From Patescibacteria group bacterium (GTDB lineage: Bacteria; Patescibacteriota; Minisyncoccia; Phycocordibacterales; Phycocordibacteraceae): a stretch of 64,000 nucleotides of DNA. The notes beneath the pieces were generated by a model. It saw only the letters and a list, made by a program, of their open reading frames with translations. It had not been told where the DNA came from and searched no databases. The stretch covers positions 418,859 through 482,858 of the forward strand of contig JAIETW010000001.1 in the NCBI GenBank assembly GCA_019744845.1, given 5' to 3'. This document shows positions 55,296-64,000 of this stretch, piece after piece. How positions within the stretch are numbered: the stretch's first letter is position 1; each line of letters starts with the position of its first letter. Made by a program: the position numbers and the translations under genes.

Positions 55296-56023
55296 ACGCC
55301 ATTACTACAGAACGTTTGCGTAAAACTTTTGGTGGCGTCGCGGCAGTAGACGACCTATCTATTGTCATACAAAAAGGGAAGATCATTGGGATTATAGGCC
55401 CTAACGGCTCAGGAAAGACGACGCTTACCAACGTGCTCACTGGCATTCACCGCATGGACGGGGGAGTGGTGGTGGTTGGCAAGAAGGAGCGCACACGTAT
55501 TAAGTCATGCGAAGTATTTGGTCTTGGACTTACCCGTACGTTTCAAAATGTACGCGTGTTTGAACAAGTAAGCGTTTTAGACAACGTCCTTATTGCGATC
55601 ACGAAGAAAGGAGTACTTGGATCATTGTTTGAGCGCGCATCTGCTGCACAAATTCAGAATGCAGATGCAGTTCTTGCACGAGTAGGGCTCACAGAAAAGC
55701 GCGATGCACTTGCTGCTGAGTTGTCATATGGGCAGCGCAAACTTCTAGAGATAGCACGTGCACTTGCAACTGATGCTGAAATTATTCTCTTTGATGAGCC
55801 CTACGCAGGGCTTTTCCCAGAAATGGTGAAGCGAGTCTCTGGAATCATGCAAGAACTGAAGGCAGAAGGAAAGACCGTCATACTTATTGAACATGACATG
55901 GCACTCATTCGTGAGCTGTGTGATCACGTTCTAGTGATGGACGCAGGGAAGTTACTTGCAGAAGGAACACCTGAAGCAGTGCTTTCAAATCCCTCAGTCA
56001 TAGAGGCATATCTTGGCGTATGA
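55292..56023 (+). CDS. livG: ABC transporter ATP-binding protein LivG-type
   Basis: Walker A GPNGSGKTT, signature LSYGQRKLLEIARAL, Walker B ILFDEP. Confidence 0.85.
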   Translation: MNAITTERLRKTFGGVAAVDDLSIVIQKGKIIGIIGPNGSGKTTLTNVLTGIHRMDGGVVVVGKKERTRIKSCEVFGLGLTRTFQNVRVFEQVSVLDNVLIAITKKGVLGSLFERASAAQIQNADAVLARVGLTEKRDALAAELSYGQRKLLEIARALATDAEIILFDEPYAGLFPEMVKRVSGIMQELKAEGKTVILIEHDMALIRELCDHVLVMDAGKLLAEGTPEAVLSNPSVIEAYLGV

Positions 56024-56745
56024 GTACCGAAACACTTCTCTTACTTCAGGATGCGCACGTGCACTATGGTGGAGTCAAAGCTCTTGATGGCGCATCAATT
56101 ACTTTGGACGAGGGCGAAATCATCGCACTCATGGGCCCTAACGGAGCAGGGAAGTCTACGGTACTTAAGGCGCTCTTTGGTCTTGCACCTCTCACTTCAG
56201 GTGAAGTGAAATGGGAAGGAACCGTCATCCGCCCTATTCCACATCAAGTCGTACGCCGTGGAATCTCTTTCGTCCCGCAAGGTCGCCGTGTCTTTGCAGA
56301 TCTTACCGTAGAGGAAAACTTAGAGATCGGTGGATACACCGTCGGAGATGCGCGCCTTGTACGAGAGCGTATGAATGATCTATTTGAGATGTTTCCTATG
56401 CTCCGTCAGAAGCGTCACGCAAAGTCAGGAACCTTATCTGGTGGGCAGCAACAAATGCTCGCTATTGCTAGAGGTCTTATGACTGATCCTAAGGTGCTGC
56501 TTCTTGATGAGCCTTCCTTAGGTCTTGCGCCGAAAGTGGTGAAAGAGGTGTTTGCTTTTGTGAAAGAAATAAACGAGAAGCGAAATATGGCAGTGGTAGT
56601 GGTTGAACACAACATCAAGTCCCTTCTTGAGATAGCGACTCGTGGCTATGTGCTTGATAAAGGACGTGTCGTTGCTGAGGGGTCTCCACAGGAGCTAGTG
56701 GCTGCAGGCACACTAGAAAAAGTCTTTACGGGCGTTGCCCTCTAG
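56020..56745 (+). CDS. livF: ABC transporter ATP-binding protein LivF-type
   Basis: Walker A GPNGAGKST, signature LSGGQQQMLAIARGL, Walker B LLLDEP. Confidence 0.85.
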   Translation: MSTETLLLLQDAHVHYGGVKALDGASITLDEGEIIALMGPNGAGKSTVLKALFGLAPLTSGEVKWEGTVIRPIPHQVVRRGISFVPQGRRVFADLTVEENLEIGGYTVGDARLVRERMNDLFEMFPMLRQKRHAKSGTLSGGQQQMLAIARGLMTDPKVLLLDEPSLGLAPKVVKEVFAFVKEINEKRNMAVVVVEHNIKSLLEIATRGYVLDKGRVVAEGSPQELVAAGTLEKVFTGVAL

Positions 56746-56766
56746 CCTGGTATACTGAGTCCCAAT

Positions 56767-57510
56767 ATGCTCGTCGTCGGTAACTGGAAGACGTACGTCC
56801 GTACCAGGGAGAAAGCCAAGAAGCTGCTTGTAGCAGCGAAGCGCCTGGCGCTCGGAAGAAAGATAAAGATAGTAATTGCTCCTCCTGCGCCCTACCTTGG
56901 GCTCTTTACCGCAAGTCGGGGAGGAGTTGCCTTGGCTTCTCAGGATGTATCAGAGAGCCTAGACTCTACTGAGACTGGAGAAGTTCCTGCACCTCTATTA
57001 AAGGAGATGGGTGTCACTTATGCCATCATCGGGCACTCCGAGCGCCGCGCTCGTGGAGAGACTGATGCGCAGATCCGCGAGAAGGTGCAGCGGGCACTCG
57101 TACACGGTATTACTCCTATCCTTTGTATTGGAGAGAGCGAACGTGATGCAGATGCAAAGTATCTTGCACACCTTCGGACGCAAATCACGTCTGCATTGTC
57201 AGGCATTCCTGCGAAAGATCTTCTTGATATCGTTATTGCCTACGAACCAATCTGGGCGATAGGGAAGAGTGATGAAGATGCGATTCAACCTGCAGACCTC
57301 ATGGAGACAGTACTCTACATTCGTAAGGTGCTTGGTGATTTCATCCCGGGCAAAGGTGCGACCCGCGTAAAGATATTGTATGGAGGATCTGCAGAGCCGG
57401 AGAATGCGCGTGCGCTTGCCGGTGGTGGTGGCGTAGACGGGTTCTTGGTCGGGCACGCAAGCGTTGACGCCAAAATGTTTGCAGGCATAGTAAAAGCACT
57501 TAAACAATAG
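56767..57510 (+). CDS. tpiA: triosephosphate isomerase
   Basis: GNWKT..., AIIGHSERR, IAYEPIWAIG, YGGS. 247 aa. Confidence 0.9.
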   Translation: MLVVGNWKTYVRTREKAKKLLVAAKRLALGRKIKIVIAPPAPYLGLFTASRGGVALASQDVSESLDSTETGEVPAPLLKEMGVTYAIIGHSERRARGETDAQIREKVQRALVHGITPILCIGESERDADAKYLAHLRTQITSALSGIPAKDLLDIVIAYEPIWAIGKSDEDAIQPADLMETVLYIRKVLGDFIPGKGATRVKILYGGSAEPENARALAGGGGVDGFLVGHASVDAKMFAGIVKALKQ

Positions 57511-57512
57511 AT

Positions 57513-58649
57513 ATGCGCTCACTTTCTGATATCCAAAACCTTAACGGGGTACGGGTGCTTGTACGTGCCGCACTGAATGTGCCGGTTGCCGGCGGAAAAG
57601 TCGTAAACACCTTCCGTCTTCGCGGCGCACTTCCCACGATCAACTACCTGCGCGAGAAAGGGGCGAAGGTTATTTTGATGAGCCATATCAGTCACAAGGA
57701 GACTCCTTCACTCGCCCCTATGTGGGAAGCGATGAAAGAATTTATTCCTAACGTACAATTTGTCGCTGACATTGTGGGAGACGAGGCACGCAATGCGGTT
57801 GCTGCGCTCGCTCCTGGTGACGTACTCATTCTTGAGAATCTCCGACAAGACGCTCGTGAAGAAGGGAACGATGAAGAATTTGCACGTGAGCTTGCAAGTC
57901 TTGGTGAGATTTTTGTCCAGGATACCTTTGACGTATGCCATCGTGAGCACGCGTCTATCGTCGGTATTCCAAAGTTTCTTCCATCCTATGCAGGTCTCCT
58001 CGTAGAAAAAGAAGTGGCAGAACTCTCCCGTGCACTTGCGCCCGTTGCTCCTTCGCTTGCGGTCGTCGGTGGTGCAAAGTTTTCTACCAAAGAACCGGTG
58101 TTGAAAAAGCTCCTTACCGCATACGATCGCGTGTTTGTGGGTGGTGCACTCGCCAACGATTTCCTGAAGCTCGCAGGAAATCCAGTCGGCGTCTCTCTCG
58201 TATCGGGAGAACACGAAGAAGACATTAAAGAACTTTTGAAAAATGATCGCCTCGTCATTCCTGTAGATGCGATTGTCGCACCGAAGGGAGGAAGCCGCGC
58301 TGAAGGTCGCGTCGCAGAACTTGGTGACGTAAAAGACGATGAAGCAATTCTTGATATCGGTCCAAAGACCGTAGAAATGCTGGCGGAAATTGCACAGAAT
58401 TCAAAGTCTGTCCTTTGGAATGGCCCACTTGGAAACTACGAGAATGGGTTTACTGACGGCACCGAAGGCGTGGCACGCGCTATCGCGGGAAGCGGGGCAC
58501 ACTCAGTCGTCGGCGGAGGAGACACCATCGCTGCCATTGAACATCTCGGCATCGGCGAGCAGTTCTCCTTTATCTCTACCGGAGGAGGCGCCATGCTTGA
58601 TTTCCTTGCTGAAGGAACGCTCCCTGGCATTGAAGCCCTCAATTCATAA
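57513..58649 (+). CDS. pgk: phosphoglycerate kinase
   Basis: VLVRAALNVP, ILMSHI, VWNGPLG, GGGDT. 378 aa. Confidence 0.9.
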   Translation: MRSLSDIQNLNGVRVLVRAALNVPVAGGKVVNTFRLRGALPTINYLREKGAKVILMSHISHKETPSLAPMWEAMKEFIPNVQFVADIVGDEARNAVAALAPGDVLILENLRQDAREEGNDEEFARELASLGEIFVQDTFDVCHREHASIVGIPKFLPSYAGLLVEKEVAELSRALAPVAPSLAVVGGAKFSTKEPVLKKLLTAYDRVFVGGALANDFLKLAGNPVGVSLVSGEHEEDIKELLKNDRLVIPVDAIVAPKGGSRAEGRVAELGDVKDDEAILDIGPKTVEMLAEIAQNSKSVLWNGPLGNYENGFTDGTEGVARAIAGSGAHSVVGGGDTIAAIEHLGIGEQFSFISTGGGAMLDFLAEGTLPGIEALNS

Positions 58650-58673
58650 TCGTTTTGGTACACTAGGGCTCAC

Positions 58674-60383
58674 ATGTTTTCTCTCCGTGAGCCCCTCGAT
58701 ACTGCAGTTCGTGATGTATTAAAGGAATACGACGATCTATCGGCCCTCCTCCTTGCAGGAAGGGGTATTTCTTCTGCGGATGAAGCGCAGGTCTTTCTCT
58801 CTCCGTCCTACGACGAGCACATTCACGATCCAATGCTGATCAAGAACATGCCGAAGGCGGCAGAGCGTCTTGCGCGCGCCATAGAAACAAAAGAAAAGAT
58901 TGCCGTATGGAGTGACTACGACTGCGATGGTATTCCGGGCGGAGTGTTGCTCCACGATTTTTTGAAGAAGGCCAAGGCAAATTTCGTAAACTACATTCCG
59001 CACCGACACGACGAGGGATATGGGGTAAACAAAGCGGGGCTGGAGAAACTCTTCAAGCAAGGAGTTTCACTCGTCGTGACCGTAGATTCAGGGATTGTAG
59101 ACAATGAATCCGTTGCGTATGGAAATTCTCTTGGATTAGAGATCATAGTGACCGACCACCACGAACCACAAGAAGAACTTCCTCCTGCCTTTGCGGTTAT
59201 TGATCCGAAGCAGGAAGGAGAGACGTATCCGTTTCGTGAGCTTTGTGGCGCAGGACTCGCGTGGAAACTCGCCTGTGCGACACTCCAACATGGATGGAAA
59301 GGACGAGAAGAGATTCCTCCTGGTTGGGAGAAGTGGCTACTTGATATGGCAGGACTCGCCACGATTGCGGATATGGTTCCGCTCGTTGGAGAGAATCGTG
59401 TAATCGCACACTACGGGCTTCTCGTCATGCGTAAGTCTCCTCGTTTGGGGCTTCAGAAGCTGTGTCGTGTGGCACGAGTGAATCAGCGCAGTATTACCGA
59501 AGACGATGTCGGTTTCATGATCGCGCCTCGTATTAATGCGGCGTCTCGTATGGGAGATCCTATGGATGCCTTCCGTTTGTTTACGACAGAAGATGAAGTA
59601 GAGGCAGATACCCTCGCAAAGTTTCTAGAAAAAACAAATCGTAGCCGTCGTGCACTTGTCGGAAGTGTGACGCGCGTCGTGCACGAACGTCTCTCTGAGC
59701 GGGAAACGATTCCTGACGTTATCGTGATGGGAGACCCTGAGTGGCGCCCCGGACTTCTCGGACTTGTCGCCAACAGTCTTGCCGAAGAATATAGCCGCCC
59801 TGTCTTTTTGTGGGGTAAAGAGGGTTCGGGAATTATCAAGGGCTCCTGCCGTGCCGGACGAAAGAGCGTGAACGTGGTGGACCTTATGGCAGCCGCAGGA
59901 GATGCGCTCATTCAATTTGGTGGGCACTCTCAGTCAGGAGGGTTTTCTGTCCGTAACGACGCCGTGTTCTTCCTTGAAGAAAAACTGTGTGCAGCGCTTG
60001 CAGAGGTAGAAGCAAAGGCGGAGCATGCGCTCGTCCTTGCTGATGCAGAACTTGCGCCAGATCACGCCACGCATGATCTCCTTCGTCGTCTTGAACGGTT
60101 TGCGCCATTTGGAATGGGAAACCCAAAACCAGTGTTTGTATTTCGTAATGTGGAGATAGAGAGTGTGTCGTGGTTCGGAAAGGCAAATGAACATTTGAAA
60201 GTACGAATCGTACGAGAGTTCGGTACACCACTTGAAGGCGTATGTTTCTATGCGAAACGAGAGCTTGGGGTCGGGCATGAGTTTCTTGCGTCTGGCATGA
60301 AAGCGCAGGTGCTCGGCTCCCTTGAGTGTGATCAGTTTTCTCGCGGACGTCCGGTGCGTATTCGTCTCATTTCTATCGTATAG
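58674..60383 (+). CDS. recJ: single-stranded-DNA-specific exonuclease RecJ
   Basis: DHH motifs (VWSDYDCDG, VTVDSG, VTDHHEP) plus DHHA1 domain. 569 aa. Confidence 0.85.
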   Translation: MFSLREPLDTAVRDVLKEYDDLSALLLAGRGISSADEAQVFLSPSYDEHIHDPMLIKNMPKAAERLARAIETKEKIAVWSDYDCDGIPGGVLLHDFLKKAKANFVNYIPHRHDEGYGVNKAGLEKLFKQGVSLVVTVDSGIVDNESVAYGNSLGLEIIVTDHHEPQEELPPAFAVIDPKQEGETYPFRELCGAGLAWKLACATLQHGWKGREEIPPGWEKWLLDMAGLATIADMVPLVGENRVIAHYGLLVMRKSPRLGLQKLCRVARVNQRSITEDDVGFMIAPRINAASRMGDPMDAFRLFTTEDEVEADTLAKFLEKTNRSRRALVGSVTRVVHERLSERETIPDVIVMGDPEWRPGLLGLVANSLAEEYSRPVFLWGKEGSGIIKGSCRAGRKSVNVVDLMAAAGDALIQFGGHSQSGGFSVRNDAVFFLEEKLCAALAEVEAKAEHALVLADAELAPDHATHDLLRRLERFAPFGMGNPKPVFVFRNVEIESVSWFGKANEHLKVRIVREFGTPLEGVCFYAKRELGVGHEFLASGMKAQVLGSLECDQFSRGRPVRIRLISIV

Positions 60384-60403
60384 CCCCGTGCTACACTCCG
60401 CGC

Positions 60404-60814
60404 ATGAAGTACATCGTGTACGCAGATGGAGGAGCACGTGGGAATCCTGGTCCTGCAGGCGCAGGCGCGATCGTGCGTAACGAAACAGGGGACACCGTCC
60501 TTACCGTCTCAGAGTTTCTCGGACACACCACCAATAACGTCGCAGAATACACCGCGGTTCTTCGTGCCCTTCAGGGTATTCGCGACATTGCAGGGTCGGA
60601 GAGTGCAGAAGTATTGGTAAATATGGATAGCGAGTTGGTAGTGAAGCAGATGAAAGGGGAGTACAAAATCAAGCACCCGAATCTAAAACCCCTTGCAGAA
60701 GAAGTGAAGAAGTTACTCCCGCACTACGCACACGTTTCATTCACGCATGTACGTCGTGAACAAAACAAGGACGCAGATGCCCTTGCAAACGCCGCAATGG
60801 ATCGCGGTGTGTGA
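60404..60814 (+). CDS. rnhA: ribonuclease HI
   Basis: YADGGARGNPGPAG...TNNVAEY...DSELVVKQ...H..REQNKDAD. Confidence 0.85.
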   Translation: MKYIVYADGGARGNPGPAGAGAIVRNETGDTVLTVSEFLGHTTNNVAEYTAVLRALQGIRDIAGSESAEVLVNMDSELVVKQMKGEYKIKHPNLKPLAEEVKKLLPHYAHVSFTHVRREQNKDADALANAAMDRGV

Positions 60815-60820
60815 TGTCCT

Positions 60821-62311
60821 ATGCTGTCCCGCGTCTTTCTCGTCGGCGCACTTAGTTTTCCTCTCGGTATTCTTCTTGGTTCACTTACGACCCCTTCTAT
60901 CGGGTGGCTGCTCGGCCTCCTCGGTCTTGCGACTCTTTTGTTCGCCGCATTCACGCGCACGATCTATGTATATATAGGAGTGGCACTCCTCCTGTGTGCG
61001 CTTGGTCTCATCCGTACTTCCTACGCACCCACTACTCTTCCATCGGAATTCGTACCACTTCTTAGTACACAGGTGTCACTTGAGGGGCGGATCGTTGCGG
61101 ATCCCGATCAGCGAGAAACACACCAAAGAGTGACGATTGAAGTGAATCGTGATGACGTGCACACCAGAGTACTCGCTGTTGCTCCTTTGTATCCTAGCCT
61201 CCGATATGGAGAGGGTGTCACCGTACAAGGGAAGATGGTTTTGCCCGAACCGTTCGCCACTGATGGAGGGCGTGTCTTTAGATACGATCAGTTTCTCGCA
61301 AAAGACGGTGTCTTTGCCGTAATAGAGCGCGCATCAGTAGAAGTGACGGCGCCACGAGATACGCCCTACACGCATGTCCGCGGCGCGCTCTCTGATGTGA
61401 AAAGTTCTTTTCTTGCGTGGCTTACAGTCGCGCTTCCCGAACCGCACGCGTCCCTGGCAGGTGGCCTCATCGCAGGAGGGAAGCAGGGGCTCGGCACTAC
61501 GCTCCTGGATATGTTTATTGTGACCGGCCTTATTCACATCGTCGTGTTGTCGGGATACAACGTAATGATTGTCGCGGAAGGAGTGCTGCGCGCGTTATCA
61601 GTATTCCCACGTCGTATTGCCGTTTGGGCCGCAGGAGTTACGCTCGCTGCCTTCGTACTTGCTGCAGGAGCAGGGCCCGCAAGTATTCGCGCAGGACTCA
61701 TGGCAGGCATCGCCCTTTTTGCACGCGCGACGTACCGAACCTACGATGCGCTTCGTGCACTGGTGCTTGCGGGAGTTGTGATGTTGCTATGGAATCCACT
61801 CTTGCTCCTTCACGACCCTGGATTCCAACTTTCCTTTATTGCAACCGTGGGCCTTATCGTCGGTACACCTATTCTCACTCCCATGCTTGAGGGTATTCGT
61901 AGCATCTTTCTTCGCGACATCGTGTCCGCAACTCTTGCTGCGCAGATTGCTGTGCTTCCACTCCTCCTCTATCAAAACGGACTATTCTCAGTCGTTGCGC
62001 TTCCTGCAAATATTTTGGTATTGCCGATCGTGCCACTCGCAATGGCGGCGGGCGCACTGGCAGGACTTGGTGGAGCGCTGGTTCCTGCACTCGCGCCTCT
62101 CTTTGGTATCCCGGCGTACTTCCTCCTCTCCTATATCATTGTGATCGTAGAGTACGCCTCCGCACTTCCATTTGCCGCGTTCTCTATCTCCGCATTTCCT
62201 TTTATATACACGCTTATAGCGTATGTAGGGCTTGGGTACCTCATATGGAAGTACCGCGACCGTATTACTGGGTCGCCTTCATCATCCGTGCATCAACAAC
62301 TGTCCAGTTAA
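60821..62311 (+). CDS. comEC: ComEC/Rec2 competence channel, membrane portion only (DUF4131 plus competence domains); no MBL domain in this ORF
   Basis: 496 aa polytopic with HIVVLSGYNV core motif. Ends before any MBL motif. Confidence 0.7.
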   Translation: MLSRVFLVGALSFPLGILLGSLTTPSIGWLLGLLGLATLLFAAFTRTIYVYIGVALLLCALGLIRTSYAPTTLPSEFVPLLSTQVSLEGRIVADPDQRETHQRVTIEVNRDDVHTRVLAVAPLYPSLRYGEGVTVQGKMVLPEPFATDGGRVFRYDQFLAKDGVFAVIERASVEVTAPRDTPYTHVRGALSDVKSSFLAWLTVALPEPHASLAGGLIAGGKQGLGTTLLDMFIVTGLIHIVVLSGYNVMIVAEGVLRALSVFPRRIAVWAAGVTLAAFVLAAGAGPASIRAGLMAGIALFARATYRTYDALRALVLAGVVMLLWNPLLLLHDPGFQLSFIATVGLIVGTPILTPMLEGIRSIFLRDIVSATLAAQIAVLPLLLYQNGLFSVVALPANILVLPIVPLAMAAGALAGLGGALVPALAPLFGIPAYFLLSYIIVIVEYASALPFAAFSISAFPFIYTLIAYVGLGYLIWKYRDRITGSPSSSVHQQLSS

Positions 62312-62861
62312 CATTTTCTAGAAAGGCTTCTACATAGGTTTTCTTTTCCGCAGGCACATAGTCCACCATGTAGGCGTGCTCCCAGAGATCAAGTGCAAGA
62401 ATGATGGGGAGGCCAGAGAGCTGTCCGAGTTCGTGATCATTTACAAACGCGGTGTGCAGGGTACCCGCGACTGAATCAAAGTACACCACCACCCATCCGA
62501 TACCGCGGGTACCTGCGACTTCTTTAACGTGCGCGATGAACCCCTCCCAACTTCCATAGCGGCTTGCGGCAAGCGTGCGAAGAGAACCTTCTGCGTCAGC
62601 GACCTGAGGTCCACCTTCAAATTGCTCAAAGTAATACTCGTGCATGCGCATACCATCAAACTCAAATCCAAGACGACGACGAAGTTCGTTGATGGTAAAC
62701 GCGTTCTTTTCTGCGTCTTCGCTCCTCAAGCGGGCAACCGTATCAAGAATAAGGTTCACGTGTGTCACGTACCCCGCGTAGAGAGCGAGGTGTACGTCTA
62801 TCTGCTTTTTGGAAAGGCCGGTGAGCTCAGGTAGGTCAAACGTGCGTGCGGTGTAGGTCAT
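62265..62861 (-). CDS. Fe/Mn superoxide dismutase family protein, divergent N-terminal region (ORF opens 63014; MTYTART start preferred)
   Basis: C-terminal DLWEHAYMVDY and GIGWVVVYFD match SOD. N-terminal TFDLPEL present but the HHxKHH helix region is shortened to VHLALY. Confidence 0.65.
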   Translation of the reverse strand: MTYTARTFDLPELTGLSKKQIDVHLALYAGYVTHVNLILDTVARLRSEDAEKNAFTINELRRRLGFEFDGMRMHEYYFEQFEGGPQVADAEGSLRTLAASRYGSWEGFIAHVKEVAGTRGIGWVVVYFDSVAGTLHTAFVNDHELGQLSGLPIILALDLWEHAYMVDYVPAEKKTYVEAFLENVNWTVVDARMMKATQ

Positions 62862-62912
62862 ATACCCCAAGTATATAACTTCTTTTGATGAGGAGAGAAT
62901 GAGTATGATGGG

Positions 62913-63758
62913 GTGATGCTGAGCCGTCGCACCATTGCCTGGTACACCGTACTTATACTCCTCGGTGTCACTATTCTCTTTGGCATACTCCTGCTCCAAG
63001 AAGGGAAGCTCCACATATCCTTCCTAAACGTCGGACAGGGAGACGCTATCCTTATCTCAGGTCCAACAGGAATAGAAGTACTTGTAGATGGGGGACGAGA
63101 TAGGTCAGTCGTGCGAGAACTCCCGAAGAAAATGGGGGTGCTTGATAGAACCTTGTCTGCAGTGGTCGCCACGCACCCTGATGCAGATCATGTGGGCGGG
63201 CTTTCTGATGTGTTTGAACGATACCGCGTTTCCTATTACCTAGAGCCGGGGATTGTGCACGATACCGATGTCACGGAACGACTTGCCGCAGCAATTGAAC
63301 AAGAGGCAGGTCTATCTATTGTTACTGCAAGAGCAGGGCAGCGCCTCCATCTTGGTGGTGGAGCCTATGCAGACATTCTGTATCCTGATCGCGACGTTTC
63401 TCGTCTGGAACCAAACTCGGGCTCTGTCGCTATGCGGATCGTGTACGGGGACACTTCGTTTCTTTTAACTGGAGACGCGCCCTCTTCGGTAGAAGGAATG
63501 TTGATAAGTCGTTCCTCAATAAAAAGTGACGTATTGAAAGCGGGGCACCACGGATCACGCACCTCAACCAGCGCTGCATTTCTCGCCGCCGTTTCTCCGT
63601 CAGTAGTGGTGGTATCAGCAGGGAAGGACAACACGTACGGACACCCTCATCAGGATGTGTTGGACCGCATTACGAGCTCGGGAGCAGAAATCCTTTCCAC
63701 CGCCGAAGATGGGACTATTGAATTTGTGAGTGACGGGGAAGAGATCCGCCAGAAATGA
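62913..63758 (+). CDS. MBL-fold metallo-hydrolase, ComEC C-terminal-domain-like, N-terminal TM; GTG start
   Basis: LNVGQGDAILI, VATHPDADHVGGL (HxHxDH), LKAGHHGS. 281 aa. Confidence 0.75.
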   Translation: MMLSRRTIAWYTVLILLGVTILFGILLLQEGKLHISFLNVGQGDAILISGPTGIEVLVDGGRDRSVVRELPKKMGVLDRTLSAVVATHPDADHVGGLSDVFERYRVSYYLEPGIVHDTDVTERLAAAIEQEAGLSIVTARAGQRLHLGGGAYADILYPDRDVSRLEPNSGSVAMRIVYGDTSFLLTGDAPSSVEGMLISRSSIKSDVLKAGHHGSRTSTSAAFLAAVSPSVVVVSAGKDNTYGHPHQDVLDRITSSGAEILSTAEDGTIEFVSDGEEIRQK

Positions 63759-63780
63759 AAAACGCCCCGAGGGGCGTTTG
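63758..63780. terminator. bidirectional hairpin terminator between the MBL gene and rpmB
   Basis: AAACGCCCC-GAG-GGGCGTTT. Confidence 0.7.
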
Positions 63781-64000
63781 TTACTTCTTGATCACTCCTG
63801 CCTTCTTGAGAGTGGCGTAGGCGCCGTTCTTCTTGATGTGGCGAAGGCCCTTTACGGAAATGTCTACAAGGACGGACTTTCCGAGCTCAGCGACGTAGAT
63901 ACGGCGCTTCTGGAGGTTCGCCTTGCGGCGTACCTTTCCGGTAGGGTTGAACTGGGTTGCACGGGTACGGTTAGAGTACCGTCCGCCGATCTGCGTGCTC
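63781..64000 (-). CDS. rpmB: 50S ribosomal protein L28, C-terminal part (gene starts beyond window end)
   Basis: Reverse-complement translates to ...NRTRATQFNPTGKVRRKANLQKRRIYVAELGKSVLVDISVKGLRHIKKNGAYATLKKAGVIKK*, the L28 signature. Confidence 0.8.
   Translation of the reverse strand, partial: STQIGGRYSNRTRATQFNPTGKVRRKANLQKRRIYVAELGKSVLVDISVKGLRHIKKNGAYATLKKAGVIKK

Noticed and set aside
1-64000. Scan for CRISPR arrays, IS elements, transposases, prophage genes and rRNA
   Set aside because: There are no regularly spaced direct repeats and no transposase, integrase or phage-like ORFs apart from the housekeeping Xer-type recombinase. No rRNA-like sequence was found.

Overview
This 64-kb window is one densely coding bacterial chromosome segment with moderate GC (about 50%) and roughly 70 genes. 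Many genes are translationally coupled (ATGA or TAATATG overlaps), and several use GTG or TTG start codons. There is no CRISPR array, no transposase and no rRNA.

Gene blocks in order:

- 1-6250, minus strand: a Gram-positive-style type IV secretion-like operon. It reads VirB4-like N-terminus (runs off the window), PrgI/VirB3-like, a proline-rich protein, a VirB6/TrbL-like polytopic protein, and two secreted or anchored unknowns.
- 6254-9697, minus: an operon of two small unknowns, a UvrD/PcrA-type helicase and rsmA/ksgA.
- 9927-17375: LysM-M23 peptidase, a DksA/TraR zinc-finger protein, a NYN-domain protein, rpsO, a Xer-type tyrosine recombinase, a CAP-domain membrane protein and a possible 2OG-oxygenase-like protein.
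- 17451-22974, minus: two giant paralogous adhesin-like surface proteins. They overlap in different frames and are probably one frameshifted gene.
- 23239-29203: xth, the CCA-adding enzyme, lysA, an S1 protease and four tRNAs (Arg, Gly, Pro, Gly).
- 29276-33679: a DUF2177-DUF1295-SOUL trio, a peptidoglycan-binding ultra-acidic repeat protein and rarA.
- 33723-40636, minus: hup, rny, clpP, several small single-pass proteins, a NUDIX hydrolase, ppa and nusA.
- 40798-47236, plus: a type IV pilus cluster of pilB, pilC and three prepilin-like genes (one PilX-like).
- 47237-56745: three tandem modules, each a TrmB-family regulator paired with a Liv-type substrate-binding protein, feeding a single livHMGF permease/ATPase set.
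- 56767-64000: tpiA, pgk, recJ, rnhA, a split ComEC (membrane part and MBL part separated by an opposite-strand divergent Fe/Mn-SOD-like gene), and a partial rpmB.

The gene content is most consistent with a small-genome, monoderm-like symbiont, plausibly a Patescibacteria/CPR (Saccharibacteria-like) bacterium. Supporting features are the PrgI/VirB4-type T4SS, the type IV pilus with ComEC and RecJ, the many secreted or single-pass unknowns, and the near absence of biosynthetic genes. This is inference only.

Every call comes from reading the translated ORFs and the DNA by eye. No database searches were run.
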